In this document: positions 16,018 through 24,300 of the stretch, piece after piece
Numbering within the stretch: the stretch's first letter is position 1
Layout: each line of letters starts with the position of its first letter
Source of the DNA: an uncultured virus (IMG/VR IMGVR_UViG_3300022468_000843)
Taxonomy: Duplodnaviria > Heunggongvirae > Uroviricota > Caudoviricetes
Virus record (IMG/VR): IMGVR_UViG_3300022468_000843
Direction: 5' to 3' (one strand)
Length of the DNA: 32,230 nt
Made by a program: the position numbers and the translations under genes
The notes under the pieces: generated by a model
Database searches by the model: none
The model's input: only the letters and a program-made list of their open reading frames with translations
Told to the model about the DNA's origin: nothing

Positions 16018-18648
16018 CTACTCCCGACGCAGGAAACCAACGCAGCCGGGGTCGGTTTCCTTTGTTTTCATGAACACCTCGGTGCAGTAGCCCGACACAT
16101 CGTCGCGGTTGGCGCACCGCCCGCAGGTGTCGGCGATCGCCACCTCGGCGACGGCAAGAGCCTTCGGCATGCCCGCCACGGCGGCCACGTGCTCGGACAT
16201 TTCGCCCCGAGGCGTCAGCGGCGCGCCATCGGGCAGCAGGAAAGTGGACGTGCCGTGCGCGCGGGCCCAGGCCACATCGCACAGCATGTTTGCGTAGCTA
16301 GTGTGCGGGTCTATCCCCACTTTCACTACCCGCCGTTTGAACTTCTTCTCTTCCTCGTCCTTTTCGGCCACCAGCGCGGTGCGCGTGAAGTGGAAGAAGG
16401 CGTACTCCTTGCACACAGCAGCCATGCGGCGCTTGCCCTTTTCGAGCACCTCCTGCACCAGGCCGTCGGGATCCGGGAACAGGCACATCTTGCTCGCGAA
16501 CCGGGCCATGGACACCTGCATGCACTTGTACTGGTCCAGGCGCACGGTGTAGCGGTCGCGCAGATCTTCGTCGGTGCGCCGCTCGGACACGGTGAGCTGC
16601 GGGGCGTCGCCCCAGGCCAGCATGTCGCCGTCCATGTTGCCGTAGCCGGCCAGGAACACCTTGCCGTTGTGCCGGCGCGCGAAGGACTTGGCGCTGTCGT
16701 AGTTGGGCAGCGCTTCCACCACGCAGATCTGCACGCCGTAGGCCTCCATCAGCTCGTCGCAGCGGCGCCAGGGCGAAGCGTCTGGGTCGGCCGCCGTGGG
16801 TGCGATGAAGATGTACTCGACGTGGATGACGGCCTGCCGCCCGTCGGGCATCCGGCGTTTCAGGATGGCCACGATGAACGAGCCCATCTGGTCCAGGCCC
16901 ATGAACGTGCCCTTGCCATTGCGCTCCCACACGAGGCCAGCCTTCATGCCCTCCTTGGCGCACTCGCCGAGCATTTCAAGGTTCACCGGCACCTGCGACG
17001 GATCGGTGTAGGGCTTGCCCAGCACGCGATTGAAGAAGTTCTTCATGTCGTCGGCTTCGTGGTAGCCCTCGATGATCTTGCGCGGCGTGATGGTCGGCGA
17101 CAGGAACTGCGGGTAGTGCACCGAGCGAATGGACGCCTCGGGCTCCTTCGGGATCCACTCGCCGTCCTGCGGGTCGTCGATCCAGCCCTCGCACTTGTGG
17201 CACCGGTACCGGTACTCGCCCACCATGCCCGCTTCGCGCTCGCGCTCGTTCGCGCGCGGGGCTTCCGGGTCGTACCCAATGCACTGCGGGAAGTGCTCGT
17301 CCAGCACCTGGAGCTCGCCACAGCACGGGCAGCGCGAGTGGAACTGGTGCTGCGTGCCCTTTTTGTACCACCAGTGGATATCGGAATCAGGCCAGTTCGC
17401 CGTCGAGCCCATCAGCGTGTAGCGCACGCTCGAGGCGGACATACGCTCGCGGGTTTTTTCCATGTCCGCGATCGACATCTCTTGCACTTCGTCGAAGGAC
17501 ACGATGTCCATGGGGTTCGACTCGGTGGACACCTTGCCGGTGGTCCAGAGGAAGTGGAAGCGGGACGAGCCCAGCTCGCGCACCAGGACGTTGCCCTCGC
17601 CACCGCGGCGGCCCTTGGCGGCGTTGTCGGTCATCAGGGCGTGCACCTGGGGGATGGTGCGCACCACGGGCATAAAGCGAATCGAGGACTTCGTGGTGGC
17701 CGCGGTGATGGCCGGCATGAACATGCCGATCTTCGCAGGCGAGAAGCGCAGCGCCATGTAGATCATGGCCAGCATTTCCATGACGGTGAAGCCCACCTGC
17801 GTGCACTTCATGATCACGTCCACACGGTCGAAGGCCTCGGTCACCGACGACGGGATCAGGTCGTAGATGAACCGCATGGTGGGGCGATCGGACAGCGTGA
17901 ACGGGTGGCCGTCCACCTTGAGGCCGTCGGACTCCAGGCGCTCGCACCACATCAGGAACGTCTCGCCCGGGTGCACGATCCGCTGCTCGGCCGTCAGCTC
18001 GATGGCCACATCCAGGAACTCCGCCTCGAACCGCTGCAGGCGCTCCGGCTCGCTGACGGTATCGCACTCGTCCCACACCTCCTTCGATAGGTGCGGGTTG
18101 CACCAGGACGCGAGCTGCCACGACGACCACTCCGGGTCGCCCTGGGCCATGCGCAAGAGCTTGTAGAAGTGGTTCTTTTTGCCGTACGCCCCGGACAGGA
18201 TCCAGGCCGAGCCCTTGTGGGTCTTGAGAGCGGGCCGCAGGTGGTCCTCCCACAGGTCCAGCAGGGCATGCGCGTGGCGCGCGTCGTCCACCACGATCAG
18301 CCCGTACTGCTCGATGACGTCCGGCAGGGCATCCAGGGAATAGAAGTCGATGACGCCGCCCGAGGTGAGCTCGACGCGGCGCGCGTTCACCCGGCGCTTG
18401 AGCAGCGGGTCGATCAGGCGGAGGATTTGCCGGCGGGCCTGAACCAGGCTGTTTTCGTCAGCGGAGAACCACGCGACGGGCGCGCGGCTGTTCAGCGCGC
18501 CCTTGCTGGTGGCCAGCAGGGCTTCGATACCAAGCGTGGTCTTGCCGCCCTGCTCGCCCATGGCGACGATGTTGTACCGGCTCGCCCGGTCCAGAATTTT
18601 TTGCTGGGCCGGGTGCGGCGTGGGAAGGGCAATCTTGACTTGAGCCAT
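16018..18648 (-). CDS. Terminase large subunit (lambda GpA-like) with an extra N-terminal terminase-ATPase-like module
   Basis: MKCTQVGFT Walker A, SFDEV Walker B, GSTAN, CPCC...CHKC zinc motif, FFNRVLGKPY and MGLDQ nuclease motif; the N-terminal ~215 aa read PHPAQ...GEQGGKTT...IVVDDA. Confidence 0.88.
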   Translation of the reverse strand: MAQVKIALPTPHPAQQKILDRASRYNIVAMGEQGGKTTLGIEALLATSKGALNSRAPVAWFSADENSLVQARRQILRLIDPLLKRRVNARRVELTSGGVIDFYSLDALPDVIEQYGLIVVDDARHAHALLDLWEDHLRPALKTHKGSAWILSGAYGKKNHFYKLLRMAQGDPEWSSWQLASWCNPHLSKEVWDECDTVSEPERLQRFEAEFLDVAIELTAEQRIVHPGETFLMWCERLESDGLKVDGHPFTLSDRPTMRFIYDLIPSSVTEAFDRVDVIMKCTQVGFTVMEMLAMIYMALRFSPAKIGMFMPAITAATTKSSIRFMPVVRTIPQVHALMTDNAAKGRRGGEGNVLVRELGSSRFHFLWTTGKVSTESNPMDIVSFDEVQEMSIADMEKTRERMSASSVRYTLMGSTANWPDSDIHWWYKKGTQHQFHSRCPCCGELQVLDEHFPQCIGYDPEAPRANEREREAGMVGEYRYRCHKCEGWIDDPQDGEWIPKEPEASIRSVHYPQFLSPTITPRKIIEGYHEADDMKNFFNRVLGKPYTDPSQVPVNLEMLGECAKEGMKAGLVWERNGKGTFMGLDQMGSFIVAILKRRMPDGRQAVIHVEYIFIAPTAADPDASPWRRCDELMEAYGVQICVVEALPNYDSAKSFARRHNGKVFLAGYGNMDGDMLAWGDAPQLTVSERRTDEDLRDRYTVRLDQYKCMQVSMARFASKMCLFPDPDGLVQEVLEKGKRRMAAVCKEYAFFHFTRTALVAEKDEEEKKFKRRVVKVGIDPHTSYANMLCDVAWARAHGTSTFLLPDGAPLTPRGEMSEHVAAVAGMPKALAVAEVAIADTCGRCANRDDVSGYCTEVFMKTKETDPGCVGFLRRE

Positions 18649-18670
18649 CCCGCATTATTGCGCTCACGAC
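18649..18670 (-). promoter_or_regulatory. Late-promoter motif for the terminase large subunit
   Basis: GTCGTGA-GCGC-AATAAT-GCGGG-ATG. Confidence 0.7.
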
Positions 18671-18686
18671 GGAGCGCGGCGGGAGG

Positions 18687-19592
18687 TTACTGCCCGATGG
18701 ACGCTTTCACCTTGAGCTTCGGCTTGGCTTGGGCCTTTTGGGATCCGGATGCATAGGCGTGCTTGAGCGCGTGCTTCAGCGAGCCCTTGCTGACATCCTT
18801 GAAGTCTTCGTGATCGCGCCCCGCCTGCTCCAGGGAATCGAAGTGGGCAAAGTGCTTCGCCGCCTCGGACACCACGGCATCGCGGTGCGCGCCGCCCTTT
18901 GAGTGGCCTGCGCCCGCATCGTAGGCGTGATGCAACGCTGCCTTGAGCCCGCCCTTGCCGGTGTCCACAAAATCCTCGCGGTCGCTGCCGACCTCATCGA
19001 AAGAATCCAGATGCAGGTGCTTCTTGGCCGCCGCGTGGGCGACCTCGTTCATGTGGGCATCTTTGCCCGACTGCGCGACGTGATTCAACGCGCCAGCGTG
19101 ACGATCCGCAACACCCTTGTCGTGCAGGACGATGTGGTGCTTGCCACCTGGCTCCTTGATCTGATGGCCGCCATGCTTGAATGGAGCGACAGAGTAGCCG
19201 CCAGTCTTTGTCGAGTTGGCCGCCATGGCTGCGCGCACATCATCCCCGGCCGCACGCGAGGCGGCAGGGTCGGCCCGCTGGGGAACACCACGCGCAGGAG
19301 TCACATGCTCATGGTCAACGTGCAAGGTGCCGAGCTTGTCGTGCTGGACAACCGACTTGCCGTCCTTCGCCCCCTGGTACTTGGCAATCGTTTTCTTGCC
19401 GGTTTCCGGGTGCTTCACGAACACTGTCTGTCCAGCGGAGAAGCCCTTGGGGTGGGCACCAGCCGCCGGCTTCGGCGCGGCCGCCTGCTTGCCGTTGTCA
19501 TGCGCCTGCACCATGACGCCATCCTTGCGGGTGAAGGCGGCAACCTGGGACTTTGCCAGCATGCTGGCGTCAACGACGAGTTTCTTGGTCAT
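18687..19592 (-). CDS. His/Lys-rich multidomain protein, putative internal head protein
   Basis: N-terminal LAKSQVAAFTRKDG, an SH3-like module, then two tandem ~45-aa repeats (KHLHLDSFDEVGSDREDF...LKAALHHAY). Confidence 0.75.
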   Translation of the reverse strand: MTKKLVVDASMLAKSQVAAFTRKDGVMVQAHDNGKQAAAPKPAAGAHPKGFSAGQTVFVKHPETGKKTIAKYQGAKDGKSVVQHDKLGTLHVDHEHVTPARGVPQRADPAASRAAGDDVRAAMAANSTKTGGYSVAPFKHGGHQIKEPGGKHHIVLHDKGVADRHAGALNHVAQSGKDAHMNEVAHAAAKKHLHLDSFDEVGSDREDFVDTGKGGLKAALHHAYDAGAGHSKGGAHRDAVVSEAAKHFAHFDSLEQAGRDHEDFKDVSKGSLKHALKHAYASGSQKAQAKPKLKVKASIGQ

Positions 19593-19614
19593 GGCGCTAG
19601 TTTCGCATCACGAC
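19593..19614 (-). promoter_or_regulatory. Late-promoter motif
   Basis: GTCGTGA-TGC-GAAACT-AGCGCC-ATG. Confidence 0.7.
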
Positions 19615-19615
19615 G

Positions 19616-19987
19616 TCAAAGCATCGACCGCTGGCGACCACGGGCAGCCGCAGCGCCCGAGTAAGGCCGAGTTGGCTGCAGGCGGGCCATGATGCCCCAG
19701 ACGGCGGCGTAGGCGTCGTGCAGGGCGTTGTTGCGCACGCTGTCTTTGAAGTTGCCGTAGTCGATCGTCATCACGCGATCTGCAACGATGGTGGCCACCA
19801 CCTCACGATCAATCAGGGCGCGGAACAGGTAGTCGCGCTCGGGGCGCTTCTCGACCGTCACGCCAGGGAAGACGGCCTCAATGTCGCCAGCGCGGCGGGC
19901 GCGCACCAGGAGCTGGGGCGACTTGCCGCCGGCGCGGGGCTCAGGCTCGACGATGGACAGAAATGCGTTGTTGAAAGAAAGCCACAT
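19616..19987 (-). CDS. Conserved-looking hypothetical protein (123 aa)
   Basis: GGAG RBS before the ATG at 19987; MWLSFNNAFLSIV...LLVRAR...DYLFRA...IDYGNFK. The upstream part of the listed ORF overlaps the NUDIX gene and is not credible. Confidence 0.75.
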   Translation of the reverse strand: MWLSFNNAFLSIVEPEPRAGGKSPQLLVRARRAGDIEAVFPGVTVEKRPERDYLFRALIDREVVATIVADRVMTIDYGNFKDSVRNNALHDAYAAVWGIMARLQPTRPYSGAAAARGRQRSML

Positions 19988-20051
19988 GAAATTCACTCCG
20001 GTTGTTGATGGAGCGAATGTTACCTCAAAAATTTTGAGGCATGTAGTTGTT

Positions 20052-20843
20052 TCAAAACAACGACTTACCACCACCCCACTTTGCAGGCGGGGGTGCTGGC
20101 TTTTTGGGCGCGGGGCCGGCGCCGACGGCCTCGGCCACCGGATGGTCGGCCCAGCCGTTGAGCAGGTCGTACAGGTCACCCTTGGGGCATAGGTGCACAG
20201 CCTGGCTTTCCCAGCCGGCAGCAATCGGGGTGCCGCCGACCCGCACGGCGCGGTACATGCGCGCGACGGACGTGGTGCGCTCGTAGTCCCCGACAAAGCC
20301 GGTGATACGGACCTGCAGCCCCGTCTCCTCAAACGCCTCTTTGATGGCCGAGGCCTGCATAGAGAGCCCGTCCTCTACGGTGCCCTTGGGCCAGGTCGCC
20401 TCGTAGCCGCCAAACTTGTTCGTTGGGGCTGTGAGCCACACCCGCCCGTCCGGCTCTTCGATGATGACCCCAGCGCCGATCGACTTGCCAGGCTTGGGCT
20501 TGATCGGTGGCTCATCGAGGTTGTCATCCACGCCATCGACGTAGTCCCAGCCCTCGGCTGTGGTTGGGTGGTCGCGCCAGCGGCGGAAGGGCACGCCGTT
20601 CAGCTCAAGCGGGACATCTCCGCCAGGCACGAACGTGGCCACCGCATCGGCGTTGTGCCAGGTGCTCGGGGCGGACGCATGCGTGGGCTGCTTGATCAGC
20701 ACGGCCTTGCCCTCGTGGTCCAGCTCCGGGTGGTGGTGTGGCTCGGGGTGGCTGGGGCCTTCGCCATCACGCTCATACGGACGAACGTAAGTGGATCCGC
20801 GCACGTGGCCCTTTACATGGGCTTTGACCAGATCTTCAGTCAT
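20052..20843 (-). CDS. NUDIX hydrolase with N-terminal extension
   Basis: NUDIX box GTVEDGLSMQASAIKEAFEETGL; start MTEDLVKAH overlaps the upstream stop. Confidence 0.88.
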   Translation of the reverse strand: MTEDLVKAHVKGHVRGSTYVRPYERDGEGPSHPEPHHHPELDHEGKAVLIKQPTHASAPSTWHNADAVATFVPGGDVPLELNGVPFRRWRDHPTTAEGWDYVDGVDDNLDEPPIKPKPGKSIGAGVIIEEPDGRVWLTAPTNKFGGYEATWPKGTVEDGLSMQASAIKEAFEETGLQVRITGFVGDYERTTSVARMYRAVRVGGTPIAAGWESQAVHLCPKGDLYDLLNGWADHPVAEAVGAGPAPKKPAPPPAKWGGGKSLF

Positions 20844-21345
20844 TTCCAACCACCCCCAGCAGCGTGCGGGCCATGGACTGCACGGAGCCCACCAGGGATT
20901 CTTGCACCTCATCTTCCGGGGCGTTACCCGAGGCTTCGCGCAAGAGGTCGTAGACCTGGTGCACGAACACGGCGAGCGCCTGGGCGATCAGCTTGGCATC
21001 GTCGTCCTCTGGTTGCAACGAGGCCACCATCTGCAGGCGCAGGTGGTCGGCAAGCGCCTTGCCGTTCCACCCGGGCACGGTGATGTAGGCATCACCCTGA
21101 CCAGCGAAGGCCCGGCCCAGCTCCAGGCAGCGGGCCATGTCGGCGGCCGAGGCATCCGACGGGGTGAGTACGCCATGGCCGACCTCGTCGAAACGCGTGA
21201 TCACATCCGAGGAAAACTCGCGCAGGATGCGGTCCACATCGGCCAGGTTGCCCAGGTACGGACGCCCGCCAGACCCCGCTCGCAAGGACTCAAGGAGCCC
21301 GGAGGGGTCTGTGTGGCGATCCAGTTTTTCCTCTGCCATGGGCAT
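20836..21345 (-). CDS. Acidic helical hypothetical protein between the ART and NUDIX genes
   Basis: 169 aa, starts 3 nt after the ART gene stop and overlaps the NUDIX start. Confidence 0.7.
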   Translation of the reverse strand: MPMAEEKLDRHTDPSGLLESLRAGSGGRPYLGNLADVDRILREFSSDVITRFDEVGHGVLTPSDASAADMARCLELGRAFAGQGDAYITVPGWNGKALADHLRLQMVASLQPEDDDAKLIAQALAVFVHQVYDLLREASGNAPEDEVQESLVGSVQSMARTLLGVVGND

Positions 21346-21348
21346 CCT

Positions 21349-24300
21349 TTACGTTGGGAGAATGACGGCTTCAACGATATGCGTGCCGTGTTGACCGAAA
21401 CCATCGCTGTCCGGGCCCTTTTTCACAGCCACGATCAGCATGCGGGTGCCGGGCGGCAGGATCATTTCATCCTCGCTCGCATGCTTGGACAAGGCGCCGC
21501 CACCAGGCTTTGACCCAGGACCAACCCACAAACCCTTCACCCCGGGGCCAACGTGCAGCTTGAGCTGGATGTTGCCACTCCAAGACGACGGCCGGATCGA
21601 GGTGGACATGATCGCGGGCTCCTGCAGGATTTTCCCACTGGACGCGAGCATGGCCTCCAGATCGGCGCCGTGCAGGTTGATTTTACGCGACAGCACCGTG
21701 CCAGGCGCAATCTCGTGCCCAAGAGTTTTCAGCGCCTCGCCGGCGGACTTCGCTGCGCCCGTCGGATTGCCAGCCCAAAGCGAGCTGTTCATGGCGTGGT
21801 ACGAGCTGCCGGTGTAGCTCTGCACGGCCTGTTGCTGGGTGGCCGGCATCTTGGCGATAGAGGCCTGCGCCGCGGGCGAGTAGGTCTGCTGGCTGAGCGT
21901 GCCGCCTTGCGACGAGTGCGTGATCTTTGGTGGCAGCGCCAGGTCTTCGAGTTTCACCGTGCCAGGGGTGCCGAGCACGATGTACTTGCCCAGCTTCTGC
22001 GCGGCTGCGCTCGATGGCGCGCCGTGGTGCGCGGGATAGGCTGCGTTCAGCGAGTGCAGCGGGTGCCCACCATCAAACCTGAACCGCTTGGGCGGGTTCA
22101 TCTGGTAGTTGATTTCGTTGATGACCTGCTGCGCGTAGCCCTTGATGTGCTGGCTCGGATGTTCGAGCACCGGCTTCGAGCCCGACACCGCGCCCGTGTC
22201 CTTGTCGTACACGTTGGCCTGCAGGGACTTGATGGCGTCCAGGTTGCCGGTTTTGGCAGCCTGGTAGATTGCCTGCGCCGCTTCCTCGTTGGCCTTGTTC
22301 AAGAACTCCTTGCTGGACGGCCCGCTCTTGCCAGAGCCGCCCCAATTCAGGAACGAAGGCGGCGCGCTGACCTTGGACGGGTCGAAAACAACGGCCTTTT
22401 TCTTTTTTGCCGCCTGCGGATAGCGCTTCAGGAGGTCAGCCTTGCGCGCGATCAGCGTCTCGGCCAGCTTCGCCTTTTGATCCTGTGTGCCAGGACCGTG
22501 CTGGTTCACCATCGCGCGAATGGTCACGTCGCTGATTGCAGCCACCTTGGCAACCGACGCAGTGATGTCCGCCTTTGTCATCTTGCCGAAAACGGCCGCG
22601 GCGTGTGGGTTTTTGGCCGCATCGCGCAGAGTGTCGATCTCGTCGACCTTGACGCCGAAGGGCTTCTTTTCGCCCTGGGCGCGGTACTCCAGCGATCCGC
22701 CAGCATCGACCCGGTGGGCCTTGCCGTCGGGGCCCACCTGAAGATTGTCGAGCGACATGCCGACCACGTCCCAGTTGCCCAACCAGGCATCGACAGCGAA
22801 GCCGGAATGCACGCCGTCGACCTTGGCCAAAGCTGCCGCGCTGGACGCCTTTTTGATATCGGTCCATTTGGTGGCGATGCCGACCTTGCCGCCCTTGCTC
22901 ACCAGGATGGCGTCTTGCCCGGATAGGCCAGCCAGGCCGTACAGCTTGGCGGCGAGCACTTCGGACTTTGCTGTGGCCTCGTCGCTGGGGAACTTGCAGT
23001 ACCACTCCTGGCCGGTCGGATCCTTGAACTTGCCGCCCGGGTTCGAGCCGCCCTGCCCGCCGGTCTGGACCCACGAGTCCATGGAAGGCAGGCCGTTCGC
23101 CCCAACGGTGAACGCGGCAGGCTGCGTGGCGGCTGGCTTGGCGGCGGGAATGTCCGAGGCCTTGAAGGCGGGATCGAGCTTTTGCATCGCCGCAAGCGGC
23201 GGGGCGTCGTACCCGGCTGCGACCATCTTCTTCAACAGATCTGGCAGAGAGGCGCCGATCAGCGGATCCGGGTCGTCGTCAAAATCGAAGTGGAACTCCG
23301 CCTGTCCTTCCTCCGCGTTCCAGGCGATGATCCCGACATCGTTGGTCAGCGAAGGGTGGCCGGACATACCCATGTCGCTGGCGGCGTAGCTCCACCCGCC
23401 CATACCGCCCAAAGGAGCCACCTGGCCAGCGCCCATGGCTGCCAGCAGCTTGTCGGCCAGCTTTTGCGTGATGGGCATCTTGCCGGCGTTGGACGCCTTC
23501 CATTTTTGGATAGCGGTGGCATCACCAGCCAGGGCGGCATGTTTGAGCACCTTGGCGAACTCCGACTTCGAGTAGCCGGAGGTTTTGGCCTTGATGTTTT
23601 CCAGATCGCCGGGGGTCAAGGCCTTTGGACCCTGGCCCACCTTCACCCAGTGCCCATCTTTGAGCACCAGCATGCCGTCGGCGCCCTGCTTGGTGTCGCC
23701 TTCCTTGGGGCCCGTTTCAGGCGCACCAGCGGACACCGTGACCTTGTGCCCAAAGATGGCGCCCTTGGACTCATAGCCCTTCTTCAGCTTTTCCTGCTTC
23801 AGCGCCCCGGCGGCACTTTGCGCCGCATCTACGGTGGGAAAGCTCTTGACCGTTTTTTGCTGGGTACCACCGATCTTCCCGTACTCGGTGACCATGTCGG
23901 CGCCACCCGAGGCGTTGGGGGCAACATACACCGACCAGGACTTGTTGTGGCCGCCCGTGGTGTTGTGCAGGATGAACTTGGGCGCGGTGACGGTCTTGGG
24001 GGCGGCGGAGGCAGCCGCTGGCGCTGGTGCCGGCGCGGGCGCGGGCGCAGGGGTTGGGGCCGGCGCGGGCTTCACCGGTACCGCTGCTGTGGCGCCAGGC
24101 GTGCCCAGGGCAGCCAGGGCGGTCTGCGCGGTGAGCACCTGCTTCTTGGCATAGGTCTGCTTGGCCGCGCCCTTGGCGTCGATGAACGCCTGCAGGCCGG
24201 CCTTGTCGCCCGCGAAGGCCATGGCATGGATCTTGTCGAGCGCGGCGTTGTGGCTCTTGGCGTTGGTGTTTTCCGCCGGCAGCTTGAGCTTGAACCAGGG

